DNA from: Chrysomallon squamiferum | Taxonomy: Eukaryota; Animalia; Mollusca | Direction of reading: 5' to 3' | Assembly (NCBI GenBank): GCA_012295275.1 | Contig: CM022671.1 | Span: 13,764,001 to 13,828,000, forward strand | DNA: 64,000 nucleotides | Notes under the pieces: model-generated | Databases searched by the model: none | Told to the model about the DNA's origin: nothing | Seen by the model: only the letters and a program-made list of their open reading frames with translations | Made by a program: the position numbers and the translations under genes | Shown here: positions 38,951 through 53,816 of the stretch, piece by piece | How the letters are laid out: each line of letters starts with the position of its first letter | How positions within the stretch are numbered: position 1 is the first letter of the stretch

Positions 38951-41900
38951 ATGCCTCAAGGTAAACTGCAGTTTATATCCTGTAATCAAAGTAAAATTAG
39001 TAATGTTTCAAGTTCAAGGGTGTAAAATGTTTACATTACATTACCAATAGGCAATACCATGATAACGAAATATTACTGACCAATCGGTGTTAATGTTATT
39101 GTGAAGAATGTTAACCTGTTATTGGTATTTGTCAAATATAACCCGTTTCCATATGCCAACCGAGCATTAGATTACCCATATAAAAGTGATGAGAATTAAA
39201 TTTTATTAAGGATATTTTGAGCAGATTTGCTGTTAAAACCATTAGTTTTTGGATAACATAAGTATATATGGCATAATACCTAATTAGAGTGTTTCTAAAT
39301 GTTGACGACTTTTGTTAAATGTTGTATTAAAAAATACTTTATAAATAATGGAAATAAAAGTTTTTAAAATCTTGAGGAATTGAAATCTTAGGACAGTGAT
39401 AATCACTGCCTAGGACTTGGGAGTTCCAGCTTATTTTATATTTCCATAGTTAAAAACAGTCCTTTTTATTGGCTGTCATAATCTTAACAAAACTGTTTTA
39501 ATCTTGAACAGATTTGTCAAATAAACATTTAATAGTTAAAATATCTGTCTTTTAGAAATGGACTATCTCAAGATTCAGTTTGGGTTACAGCTGACAGATG
39601 CTGCTCTTCATCAGCTTTCTTTTCTGCGAGAAGTTGACAGTTACCCTGCACTTTATCTTGAACCTGTTGTGACTCAGGCAATTTACAGATATGAGAATCT
39701 GTGGCTGCCACTGGCAGCAAAACACCCAAAAGAATGTCTGGCTGCACCACTGGATATTGAATGGATTTGGCACTGCCACATGTTATCCCCACTGCTGTAC
39801 CAGAAAGACTGTCATGTTTTGGTAGGTTGCATTATAAACCATAAGCTGATGAGTCACAGTGAAAGGAACCAGGCTTTGGAAAAATCCCGCAAATACTGGC
39901 AAGAACTGTATCCAAAGGACCCTTTCCAGGTTGATTTATTTGGAGAACATGTGATTCCTGAATACATGTCTACTCCACAGAAAGTTTATTACAAACTTGC
40001 TGATGCAGTATCAAGGCAGAAAGTTTTTTTTTACCAGGTATCATTGCCTCATTATGAAGACCATCATTTTCTTCAGAATGCTGTAATACGCTACAAGAAA
40101 TACCTGTTCATGAAGAAGATGAACCCAGGTCATTTCCTGGTACCATGCTATGACATTGACCTGATTTGGCATTCACACCAGCTTCATCCTCTTGTATATA
40201 AAAAGGATACAGAAGATCTTCTTGGTAGAACATTTAACCATGATGACACTGTTAATGACCGAAGTCCTGGTTCTAAACTGGCAACAGCTGACTTGGAGAC
40301 AAGAGAGATATGGAAAAATACTTTCAATGAGAGTTTCTCAATGTATGGAGCAATGTATCGTGGTGACCCACCAGCTGGCAAATTATACAAAATGGGAGGT
40401 GAAGATGTGTTTGTAGTCTCAACAAAGCAAGCAACAGTAAATCTTGAAAAGATAAAGATTGAGAACATACCTCAAACAATGAAACATTTCAAACTGAATA
40501 TCTTGACATCTGCTAACAACAGAGATGTGCAGAGTGTTGCTTCTTTCAAAAGTCCAAAACGTGAATGGCAAGGAAAATCTTTAGCTCGTTTTGTGTTTGA
40601 CACAAAGTCTGCTAATTGTCTGACATTTCGTCTTCAAGAGAAGTCAGGCTTTGCATGTTTTGGAAGTGAGGTTAATATTGGAGAAAATCAGTATGAACTG
40701 TTGCCAATGCTGGAAACTCAAAATGGTGGTAATCTGGACCTAGCAGGAAATCTCAGTCTGACAGGTGCTAACCAAACAAATGGCTTAAAGGTTCAGTTCA
40801 GTGGACTGCTTAGTCAGTTCAAGGTAGGAGCTTGTTTACTATTCTTGAGACCAGGTACCTATGAAAACTGTATCATGCCTGAAACTTTGGAACAGCTATG
40901 GGGTCCAGTGCCATTGCCACCACTTCAACCTGGCATTCAGAATACATGTGAAGTAGCAAGTCACAAGTTAGTAATGACACTTGCTAGTATCTTTTTGATT
41001 CTTAAATGCTAAAGTTTTTAATTTTTTTTATCTAAATTTGTTTTATCAGAAATGTAAAATCTTTGTATCAAATTCATATTATAATTTAGTTTCTATTTCA
41101 GATACAGTCTTTAAATTATATGTACAGACTGTATTTATTAAATTCATAAAATTATGTGTCTGTGTGTGTTTAGAGCCCAATACATTCATTTACCTTATTT
41201 TGTATTAAATGGTATTTACAAGTTATAATTTCTTACATTCATAGATTTATAAACCATACTGGTCAGGTGATGTTTACCTGTCGAATCATACACAGTTTGC
41301 CATTACTGTTGTCTGCAATCCATGTTTTCTACCATGACAAAATGGCTGCTGTAGCTCATCTTATTGGATCTGATCAGCTTCCTCTTCCTCCACATGTAAT
41401 TTTGTGGTTTTAATTTTACTGTTATAAATACAAAACATTAAATATTTGTAAGTCATTCTGAACTATTTTATTTATATAACTGTCACAGATAAAGCTATAA
41501 TTCATACTTAAATAGAATGATATACAAATGTGTAAATGTATATAAACATGGTATGAACAGATGTCATTAACATATTTTATTTACAACTTCTTGTGTGATT
41601 GTTTATTTATTACAGCTAATTTTTACATAATTAAGATACTGGCTTGATTTTTCAATACTTAGGTTTGTCACAAATAAATAAAAATTGTATATTGATATCT
41701 GAAATCTATTGCAGGTAAAGAAGGCAGATAAATGTGTGACATTGAACCCCCGTGCAGGTGAGAGGGCTATTCTGATAAAAAATAGTCAAGGTGACTGGGG
41801 AATTGTAACTGGAAGGTGGACTGGCTTTAAACGTGGAGTTCCAGGTGTTAAAGGTAAAAATGGAGATAAATTTTCTCTTTAAATCTTTGATATATTAATA

Positions 41901-42723
41901 GTTAAGAAACTTAATATATTATTGAAATGAGGTTTGTATTACATTATTCACTGATTCTGATGCTTCATATACGTAGTAATAATTTTGTGATTTATTTTTT
42001 AACCAATCAGGAACTCGGAACAAGAAAGGTAAGCGTGGTGTACCTGGCAGTCCTGGTTATCTTTCAATTAAACTCTTCAAGTTGTCTACACGTAGCTGGC
42101 AAGACCTGGGACTGGTTGGCTATCTGTCCAACTCATTCAGCTTTTCTCTTGAATCAGTCAGCGTCGATCTTAAAAAGGGAACCATTCAGATTCATCCTGG
42201 TTGCAATGAAATAGCTGAAAATCTTGCAATGACTTTCTCAGTTGCTTTGCTGCATGTTCTATGTCAGCCTCGACCCAAGGACTGGAAACCTGGAGATCCT
42301 GTTCAGAAGACAACAATAACTAGAGGAAGTCGAGCTGTCGCTGCTTGCCCATCAAATGAAATGGCTTTCATCATGGCTGCAGGCTTTATTGCTATGACTC
42401 CTTCTAACTACTATATTCATCACACATATGGTCTAAATGCTTGTGCAGGTTGTGGAGGTGGTGGTATGGGAGACATTAATGGTATTGACACAGGTGTTGA
42501 TGCAGATCCAGGTGGTGATGGAGCAGATTTTGGTGCTGATACTGATGGAGTTGGTGATGTTGGAGGAGGAGATGCAGGTTGTGGTGGATGTGGAGGTTGT
42601 GGTGGGTGTGGAGGAGGATGTGGTGGTGGTGGAGGAGGATGTGGTGGAGGAGGAGGTGGATGTGGAGGTGGAGGTGGATGTGGTGGAGGTTGTGGGGGAG
42701 GATGTGGAGGATGTGGTGGTTAG
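38951..42723 (+). CDS. Glycine-rich domain-containing protein (GRDP / DUF1399) paralog 1, about 807 aa
   Basis: Exons 38951-38960 (ATGCCTCAAG, in frame), 39556-40966, 41245-41395, 41715-41853 and 42011-42723. Two DUF1399 repeats (RYENLWLPL..APLDIEWIWHCHMLSP..Y and RYKKYL..LVPCYDIDLIWHSHQLHP..HDDTVNDR), a beta-rich C2-like middle region and a Gly/Cys tail, as in plant GRDP1/2. If the 10-nt exon is not used, the start is the ATG at 39558. Confidence 0.9.
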
Positions 42724-45700
42724 ATCATGTGGGAATAATTTATGTTGATGGTTTCTATTTGACATGGTTTATCTGACTGTTGGGTCCAAATATCAAACTT
42801 GAACATTAAATTGAATTAGACTTAATTTTTAGACTTTTATATTTTAAACTTTCAATAAACAACAAGATAATAATAATAATAAATAATTTTTGAAAAATAA
42901 ATTTGATAACTTCAATAGCTTTAAGTTTGAATTGACAAGGATGAGAGAAAATATCTGGTAAAATAAAATAAAAAAATAAAAATGAAATGAAGTGTAGGTT
43001 TTTAGATCAAATTTTTGGATAATAAGAAAAGCAGTTCTTTATTTTTATTTTATTACCATTTTTCATTTTCATTTTTTAACTGAAATGTAAATGGTAACAG
43101 ATTGAAAAAAAATTGTTATAAAAGGAAGCTGAAATTTTTTTTTACTAAAACATAATACAGTTTCATCAATACATGTTCATCCTTTACATCAGTATCATAT
43201 TAGTGTCTAATACATTAATATAGAGGACTCGCAGTCTTTAATGTTTATTATTATTTGCTTTTATATATATATATTAAGTTAGTTAAAAAAACAGAAACAT
43301 TAATAGCCTTACTGTGTATATTTTACCTTCATTTTACAAAAGTTTTGCTCAAATGTTACATTCAAGGTTTGTTTAGTAACTCATAATATATTATTTCTTA
43401 CATTATTGTGTCTATGCATGGAAATGTTTATTTTTAATCACATGTTAAATTGTTAGCAGATAGGACACCCAGAATATTGTTATTGTTTATTCTTCGACTT
43501 TGATTTTTATTTTTTTTTATCTTCATTATCTTCATAAGTCCTTCCACATACTTTATGCAAACTTTTTCAGGACACTTTGTGTGCCTCATATTTAGTCTAA
43601 TATTTTCCATTGTTTTAAGGTTGTTTTTTTTGGGTTTTTTTGTGTGGAAGATCTTATTTCTTAGGTTATAAAAGTGATGAAGATCATAAAAAATTTACAC
43701 ACTGGTATATTATTTATTCATAGAGCATTAATGGAAAACATTGTACTTCCATTTATAATATTGAAGTATTAGAAATCCTTTTTAAATAAAAACATTAAAA
43801 TGTTTTTCTGTCCATCAGATCATTGTAGTTTCCAGATATAAAAGATTTTCTGTTTTTTAGTTTTTATTTTAGATTTAAGTTATACAAAATATGAAATGGA
43901 TTATGAATGTACAACTGCCAGTAGGGTTTTATAATTTGACTTATGCACTCAACAAGCTTATTATCCTTTCATAATTTTTTTTTTCCACCTTTCTAAATGG
44001 CATAAGCCATTGGACTAGCTTCATATTAAACTTGAAAAGCCAAACAACCTTTTATTTAAATTCTTTTTTATGGATATCTTGATTCACTTGTATTTGTACA
44101 CTATTTGGATTTATATGTATATGTATTTATAAAATTACAAATGCTAATATATATATGTATGTATTGTCTTTATATGTAAAAATGTATTGCAGTGTTTTAA
44201 TATAATATCTGTTTTGATCATAAGTGTATCTAAATATTTTTCCATCGTGTTTGCTAAATTACTGATGCATTTTCACTGTGTATTCTTTATCAGTAGTTTG
44301 CTGGTGTGTTCTGGTTTGGAATAATCATTTGAATGACTGATTGGATAATATTCATTTGCATTTTAACAGTGCTAAAATACTTCGTTCAGATTTTAGTGGG
44401 TTTTTCTGAATGTGTTTGAAACATCAGTCATAAGGAAAATGTTTTAAAGACTGAGAAAGAATCAGATACATAACTGAAATCTAAATTAAAATAATTGTTT
44501 TTCATTTTTATGACATTATGGATACTTCTGTTCAGTTTTGATTTTATAATACTAAAGATTTTTTTAAAAATCATTCACTGCTGAAACAATGATTAATGCC
44601 TAGGAAATTTTTGTAAATTTGTTTTTCTTAAATTTCATTAATTATTTACATTGCTGCTTTTCTAAGTGGAAAACGGCTTTATAGATCCATCAAAATGTAT
44701 TTTCATACAAGCTAGAAAGTTAAGAAGCCATTTTAATTGTACTGTGATAGTTACAGGAGTGTTGAAAGCATTAAATGTTTAGTTGAAAAGAATTTATTTT
44801 GTTTACCTTTAACTGCACTGATTTTTATTATTACTTTTTATTGGACATTGAATTGTATTTGTTTTTGTCTACATAGAATGTATTGTTTAACTTAAAAAAC
44901 ACGCACACACACATACACACACATACACGGAGGTTCAAGCTTATTTGTTGTTGAATAGTAATGCAATATTTATAGTTTTCTTTGTTATATGCAATTAGCG
45001 TTTTTTCATTGTGATAAAACCTTAGTGATAGTCTGAAGATTTATACACCTTTTTATTTATTAAACATTATTTTTTCCTTTTTTCTTTCTTTTGATTTTAT
45101 ACAATATTTTTTAGTGGTTTTTTCAGCATAGTATAGCATCAGAGTAAATTTATTGGATTTGTGATTTTGGTTTATTTTGTATTCTTTCATAAATCATATC
45201 ATTAATCATAATTTTACATAAAATTCAAAAATTCAATTATTTTGCCACATTGTTGAATTCATGAAAAATTATAAGACATGCACTAATTGGTTTAATTGTT
45301 ATTAATAAAGGGTCTATTTCTGTTTGATTTCCAGTTATTTTTCATTTGCTAATTGCTTCTTTTTTTATATTATATTCTTTGTAAAAAAAAAAAAAGGAAA
45401 AAAAGCTGTTCCCAATAATAATGAACATTTGGTCATATTTTTGAGAAGTTTACAAATTTTAACTTATTCATTGTATAATAAGGATTATGAGAAATACCAT
45501 CTTCATAAATTTGTCAATGAAAAAAGTTTGATAAACATTAATAATTTTTAATTTTTTACTGGGGACATGGTTACAAAATTATAAAGTGACATACTTATGT
45601 CACAACAAATTTGGATGTGAAAATGTACTTGTGATGACTTGTGGTCTTGTTGTTACATAATAACTAAAAAATCAAATCTTAATTGTTAGTAATCATAATG

Positions 45701-48700
45701 ATTTTATTGTTTAGAGTTAGAAAGGTTCCAACTGATTTGTTTACTTTAATGATTTTTTTTCTATGTTACTTCTTGGTTCTGCACAATTTTTTTTTTTTTA
45801 TAACTTTTAAGTCATATATTTAATTTTAAAACAATTATTGATTTGGGCATTACTTGAAAATGTTTTTTCTGCTTGATTTTTTTTACTGTTTTATATATAT
45901 ATATATATATATATACAGACAAATACATGCCCACATAAGTCCATCACTGTAAATTAGAATTCAAATAAGATATTAAACTTTTTATAAAACAATATTTTTT
46001 ATTTTTTTTTAAATATTGTTTTTAAAGGTAATTTTAGCTATATTCAGTTTAGTAAAAGTAAGTTTTTAAAAAGTCAAATCTGTCTGTCTGTCTATACATA
46101 CATAAATATATGCATGTAAATATGACATACCATTTAAATTAATATACTGAATGTTTAAGAGAAAAGAAAAAAGTTGTATAATTTGTTTATTATTATTATT
46201 ATTATTGTAATATATAGTTTAAAATTGAAGTAAAATAATAAAATTAATAACTATGATTTTATTCAAGAGGACTTATCCAATTTTATATTTACTTTTAGGT
46301 AACATTTAGAAAAGTATTTTTGCACTTGTTTATCATAAACATTGTCATTTATATAGAACATGCTTTTCTGGTATGTTGTGCTTACAAATATTTTAGCTAC
46401 GACAAATCTGACTGGATGTTATTGTCCACTTAATTGATATGGATAAAAATTGCCTCTTTCATCCTTTGCTGTGGGCAAAATCTTTATGACAGTATTTCCT
46501 GACAAATGAAATATTTTTTAGTGAGCAGTAGAAATTTGAGAATTGATCAGTTTTTGACTAAAAGAATATTAGAGTAAGTAAATTAAGGTTTTCAGTTTAT
46601 ATAAAATTATGTAATACACTTATTATTTACTTAATTTTTATTTATTTTTGCCTTAATGACATTTTTTTAACTATAATTTGAAGAAATTTTAATCGTTTCA
46701 GTTATTCAAATGGAAAATCTTGTTGTCAGAAAAATTATTGAATGTTTCTTTTTATTATTATTATTATTGTTATTATTTTTTTATTTTTTGTCATACTAGC
46801 AGTATTTAGATTTATGCACGACTGCATGTATATTCAGCTCTACATGAATTATAACACTATAACCAGATTTTCTCTTGATTAGTTAGTGTTATTGACCACA
46901 TACATATGCATTATTTAAAATTGTTATAAAATCCTAAGTTAATTTAGTAATAAGTTTTTACATAAACAACAGGTAAAAGAGCAACAATTTAATAAACCTG
47001 TATAATATTTTCAGTTTTAGATTTGGTTCAGTACTGAAATCTTTATTTAATGAATAAAGATCAATTCAAATAAGAAAATACAAATGAAATGCATTTTATT
47101 TTCTTGGTAATGAATGCGGAGACTGATTTTGAACTTTCAGTACAATTTTTTGTTTGTTTTGAATACATGGAAAACAGTATAAATAAAAATCAAAAATAAA
47201 ATCATTAACTTGTTAACAGCTAGATCATGTTCCCCTCTTAGTCATTTTTTTGATATGCAGCTAACACATAACAAGTTTCAATGAAATCATGAAATAGCTT
47301 ATTACACTTTTCCATTTATTTTCAATAGTTATTAATTTAACATGTTAAATTGTTTTATTAAGAGACTACAAAATGTTCTGGTCACAAATTGAACTTTTTT
47401 GCAATATCTAGGAGATAAATATGTTCAAATTTCAAATTGCACATATGTATCCATTTTATATTGGATTACAATAGAATTAATATACATTTTGACCAATGTT
47501 TTGTGGTGTTAACATATAGTTCTTTTTCCAAAAAAAAAGAAGAAAAAAAACGTAACCGAGACACCAGATGCATTGATGAAAATATTATAAAAGTGTTTAA
47601 TATTATATTTTTGTTCAAGATTATATTATTAACTTTTGATTTTTGAATGAAATAGTATTGTTTTATTCTGCATAATTAGAAATGCTAAATTGAGAAATAG
47701 TTGTGCAAAAGGATTTGTTTCAAAAATGTATTATTTGAAAGGTATGAAAAGGCAGGAGGTGATAATAAATTACACCTGTAAACACCTAATATTCCTGTAA
47801 ACATTTTGTGAAAGTTTGCACGTGTTACAGTTCACTTTTTTAACTGTAGTTTTCATACCTTATGCATTAGGTCTCAAGTGTTTGTTTATAATTGTAATAT
47901 GTGATATAGTTACTTGTTGCATTTCTTAGTGAAATAAAGTTATAAAAAATGTTTTTTTATTCTTTTGGTTATAAATTTTTTTGATTTATCTGATAGATAA
48001 GAAAATCACCATGACATTTAATCTTATTTTCATTTTCTAGGATTGAAATGAATTCCATAACAACAACAAAAGTATTAATTTTATTTTAAAGACAATATTT
48101 ATTATTAGAACCAAAACAGACATTTGGAAATGTATAAAATATGCAAGATTTCTTCATACATTAAGGTTTATTCTTTGCATCAGTGGAAATGATGGTTCAG
48201 AATATCAAAGTAATAATCACTGGTATCTTAAAGTATCTCACTGAAAAAAAAAATAATAATAATAAAAAAATTATTTTTGCAAATCAAAACTAAAGTAGAA
48301 CAAATGTGTAAGATTAAGCAACAATAATGTTACAACGACAGGTAAGTTCACACAAAAAGAACAAAAAATTAAAATGAAATTATCATACATCTGCTATGCA
48401 TTAATTATTTAATGTATACGTATGTATATACCGACATATAATTATAATATCTGCACATCTAAAGCGTGTAAAAGGCAAGAATACCTCTGCGTTTGTGCAT
48501 GCGTACATATATTCACACACAAAGACACACACGCGCATATATATAATTATATATAAACAAATTGTTAATATGGTTGTTATTATTTATTATGTAATCTATC
48601 TATTGTTCATCAAAATGAATTAAAAAAAGAAACTTTATATTGAAAATCCGACCGAACGCAGTGATGCATAAAATTCAATGACTAGCAATTGTTATTGCCT

Positions 48701-48730
48701 CCCCTTACCTTATTTATAGCACAACAAAAA

Positions 48731-48784
48731 ACTTCCGGTGACGTTAGTGGAAAAAATTAAAGGAGGAAAGTATTAAAAGTAAGT
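48731..48784 (+). promoter_or_regulatory. Putative promoter / non-coding first exon of GRDP paralog 2
   Basis: ETS-type ACTTCCGG abuts a TGACG CRE half-site (48731-48743), followed by a strong GTAAGT donor at 48779. The link to paralog 2 is inferred from position only. Confidence 0.3.
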
Positions 48785-51700
48785 TTGAAATTTTCAGCAG
48801 TATTTAAAAAAGTACATTTCTTTAAGCTATAAGTGCTGTAAAATGTAATATATAACGTATATAACTTATAAGTTTGGAATAAAAACAATGAGATTTTGTG
48901 ACAAGACTCAAATTTTCAGTTTCAACAATAGATTCTAAAGTAAAAGTGTCATAAGTTTAAAATGTAAATCGAAGAGAGTCTCCAAATGATGCGACATCCA
49001 CATTCTTCTTTTTGTTTAACCCGCCTATAAAATAATTTGCCTTTATGAGTTTTTAGATTTTTCTATATGACAAAACATTCAGAAAATATATTCAGGTTAA
49101 TACGAAATATTTAAATAATAAGGTTTTTGAGAGAAACTTCTATATATAAATAAATAAATAAATAAATATATATATATATAAAAAGTTAAGGCTAATCAAA
49201 ATAGATTTCCTCTGTTTAAAAAAAAAAAAAAGAATTTTTTTTTTTGTTAATTTAAAGCTGTTTTCATCATCAGATAATTCTAATTCCAGTGATGAATTAA
49301 TGACTTTTAATATCAAATCCTGGGCATCATGTAAAAATCCTTAATCCAGAGATTTACAAAAAAAAAAGAAAAAAAAAAAAAAAGAAATGAGTAAAAAAAG
49401 AAAACAAATTAAAGAAAACTGAAACAAAGATTTAAAAAAGAAGAAAATAGTGTATCCTCATGGTATTGGTTTTGATGCAGATAAGCAACAATCTCACATT
49501 GTGCAGAAATAACAATGTTTTTCTTGTTATTATTGACAGAGACATAACATAATATATATACATGATTAAAATATAAACATTAAATTCAGTATATATTGCG
49601 AGTTTGTTTCTAGTTATGATGTATATTCTAGCGTTTTAATGATGTGTGGGATTTGACATAGAACATGTAAGTGAGTTCCATAAAAATAGATTGAAGTAGT
49701 CATGGCCTAATTGTTTAATAGTTTTCTGACTGTCAGCAGACGGCAATGTTTTGTGCAATTTACAAGTGAAATTAACTTTGAAATTTTGGCAATACTGGGT
49801 TGTTTATATATGGCTAAAAACTGCCTTATGAAAAACAGTACTTTTAGCTATGTGGTTATGTTAATTGTTTAATCTAACCGAAAACATGTGAATAGGAAGC
49901 ATTTCTTTATTTGGTATGTAAAAAACCCTTCAGTAAACAAAACCTTGTCCATGATTATGCGCACTCATAGCAAAGGTGTGACAAAACCCATATTGCATCA
50001 AAACATACTGAGAGGATGCATATAACATCTTAAAAATGTATAATGTCCAAAATATTAAAATTAAGTTTAAAAGTAAGAAGAGAAGAAATTTTTAAGTAAA
50101 AAAATACAACTTGAGTCCATGTACTTGTATTTCAAATAGAAAAAATTATAAAATAAAAAAAATGACTAAGAAAATATTTTTTACAGGTTTATCATATAAA
50201 AGTTTAATTAAATAAGAAAAGAAGGAAAGAAACAAAATTAAGAAAAATGACATAAAAATATTTAAAGAAAGAAAGAAGAATGTACAGAATCTCTAAATAA
50301 TAGATTCTAAATAAAAATATTTGATTAGCTAAAAAGAAAAAACACATACAATTCAATTTTAACTTTCATCAAAGTGGGATTTTAACCAGGAGGGTTTTAG
50401 CCTAGAGTGTTTAGATCACATGCTTTTCACACCAAACTGTATTCCATAATAAATATTTAGTCAGTACGATATTTCATGGATACTTATGAGGTCATCTTTA
50501 AAGAATAATGGGTTTTAAAATTTCCTGTAAATATTGACAAGTTCTAGGCTATCTAGTTCTAGTTTTTTTAAATATTATGATTGAAAGTATATTTTTGTCA
50601 TGCTCATTAGTATATATAATTATTAATCTTTGTTTCTTAAAGAATGATGTGCCTATAATGATTATTGATAAACACTGACCTCACTTATCTGTGTAACATT
50701 CAGTTTGCACTTTAACAAAGTGGACAATATGCTTAGTTAACATTAATTTTAGACATCTCCTGGTAACAAAGAGTTAAGTTTGAAAGTTAGATATTGCATG
50801 TCAGATCAATGCACTGAACTTACATTCAGTAATAATATAGAAGGATTTAGTAGTTGAAAGTACAGTTTAAACATAAATATGTTAATAAATTATGGTAGCC
50901 TCTGCATTCAATGTTTCAGTAATATAGATAAGAGTAACTGCTGGTGCTTGAGATTTGCTTGTTATTTTGACTTCATGAAGTTTAAACAAAATAGTATACT
51001 TAATAAAAAATTTCTAAAATTATATAATATAAAGGAATTAATTTTGGAAAGATGAAGATATAACATAAGTGAAGAGTATAAAAAAATAGTCACAGTTTGG
51101 AAAAGTTTAAGATTATTACAACCCAATTTTACTTTGTGTTGTGTTGACATGGTATGGATTAATATTTTACAACATATTTATCAACACTTTCATAAAAGAA
51201 AACAACAACAACAAAAAAAAAATAAAAATATTATTGTAGCATTCAGGCAAGATGAAGGAACCAATACTAATTTTTCTGGTTTAGTAAGCAAAAATAATAA
51301 TAATGATGATTATAATAATAACAATAATAGTGTTTTTAATTGTACTCTCTGTGGACCATTGGCTGAAAAAGGAAATGACGTGTGTGCGTGTGTGAAAATA
51401 TTAATATGAAAACAGTTAAAGCAAATGTTGATTAACATAAATTTTTATGTTTTGTTTTTCTATACATAAAATTATAAATACATAAAGTAAATATTGTAGA
51501 ATTGTTATAAATCAATAATCATACGGGTTTTGCCTTAATACACAATTCCATTATATGCATGTTAATCACCATGGGATAGACTAAAGAAAAGAAGCTTCTG
51601 GAAACGTATTCCAGCATATATTGTTTAAATGAATTAAAGGATTTACTTTAATGGTAATAGTAACTGTATAGACATTTCTACTGAATGAAAGGAGAACTAT

Positions 51701-53816
51701 AAAGATGTTTTTCACATGTTAACTTTCCTTTATGGTTTTAGACAACAGCTAGTAACAACAACAACCTTTTAATTAAAGTACATCATGTTTACCTTTCTTA
51801 TTGTTCACTGTAGAATTTTACTGATATATTGTAAAGAATTTCACTAATAGTTGAATGTAGCATTTGGAACATATTTAAGACTTTTGACGAATTAATGTTA
51901 AAGATAAATAGATGAATTATTTTTATGGGAAGCTGCAAGAGGATTATCTCACAAGAAATGGTATTGCATATTAAAAAATATCTATCTAAATATTAATGAT
52001 TTTTAGTATCTTCACAGAAAAACAGAACTGTTAAAGAAATCTAGTCTACACATACAATTTAGTATTGGCACAGGAGGCCTTTCTATATTTAGGTACAGAG
52101 TTACAAGATGTTAGGTGTTTTTGTGATTTTGTTAGTGTAGTTCAATGTTGTGTTCTTTTTTCTTTTCTGTTTTTTTTTTTTTTTTTTTTCTTTTCTTCTT
52201 CTAGTAGTTGGATGAAAACATGCATGGATAAATGTAGGACAGGAAACAACAAAATTACAACCTATTATTAAAATTTGCAATGGTGAAACATGAGTGATCA
52301 TAAATTTAATAAAAGTATTTTGATTAGTCATGTTCACATAGGAAAAAGACTTTGATATAATTTTATGGCAATACATTTCTTTTGGAAATAATTTCATTTT
52401 GCGCATAAGTGTCATGGAGTGGTATAGAAAATAGTCTTATTTCTAGACATAAGCATCATGGACAGTTAGTCAGTGGCACTTGAGACTTGTTCATTTGACT
52501 TAAGTTGGCAGTAAATATTAATTGGCCTATTGTTCCAGCAGTACTTGTCCTAGTTAAAGGTGAATATTTTCTTTGAACCTAACTCTTAGGTAACTTTGAT
52601 CAAAATAATTTTAATCTGTGAGTATTTTATGTACACTTTTTTGTGAATGTTCATTTTAAATGTATTTCAGGTCAGGTATGTTTTATTTTAGTTTTTTCAT
52701 TTTATTTTGTTGATGGTGATGTTGATGTTGTTAGTGTTGTTCTTATTATTATTATCATTAACACATCATCATCATCATCATCATCATCATTATTATTATT
52801 ATTATTATTATTATCTGTCCGTCTGTCTTTCAAAAGTGGGACATATTAATAAATATTTTACTAAAAACATCAAAATAAATGTCACCCAGTACTCTGATTA
52901 CTATTTTACTCTGTATTTATTTAAAAGATGTGTACAGCTTAAAAGATAAAGAAAATTAACCCTGACTGTCGTGTTTTAATGTGGTGTCAGTTAATGACTG
53001 TCATATTTACCACGCAACCTTTCACATACGGTACTTTTCTTTCAGTTCATTTGGTAGTGATATGAAATAAATTATTTTCAGGTATTTGATGTATGCAGTG
53101 CTTACAATACAAACTGTATCTGTTTCATGGATATTTAATGCACTTCTTTTTAATAATGGCTATAATGTGAACTGATTCTCATTCACGTCAGTACAAGTCT
53201 GCTTCTTGTGTGCTATAAGACTTTTTAAAGATTCCAAGTATATCATGTTAGTTTTACTGAAAAGAGACTTATACATACCATCATCCTTTTTTAAAAATGT
53301 TTTATAATTCTTAATTATGTATTACTAATAAAAGCTGTTACCAAGAGAGATTTTAAATAACTATAAGATTATGATAGTTTTGCTTGGTTAGATTTAAATT
53401 ATATTTTTGTTACTAGTATTGTTGCTTTTTGTTGTTGCTGTTGTTGTTGCTGTTGTTGTTTTTAATTTATAATTTTTTTTTTTTTAATATATAGGACATT
53501 GCAAGTTTAATCATAATAAAATGATTGATATACAATCGGAGCAGATATATGTATAGTATATTTTCTGATATGTAGCATGTGTAGACAAATTTAATGATTT
53601 TTCTTTTTCTACTTTTCTTTCATTTTTATTTACTTATTTTTTTGCACAGCCATATTTACTATATTTTAATTTAAATTATAGATAGATACATAACTTAATC
53701 TTGTAACTACCTCTGTTTGTTACCAAATAGATTTTGTAGTTTTGTGCTGGTATCATTTATCAATTCATTCATGCAGTTTTACTTTTTTTAGCACTGATGT
53801 GCCACACAGCAGTAAC

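Noticed and set aside
42433-42776. Thr/Ser-rich antisense ORF and Val/Glu- or Trp-rich alternative-frame ORFs
   Set aside because: These are shadows of the GGT/GGA/TGT repeats encoding the Gly/Cys tail.
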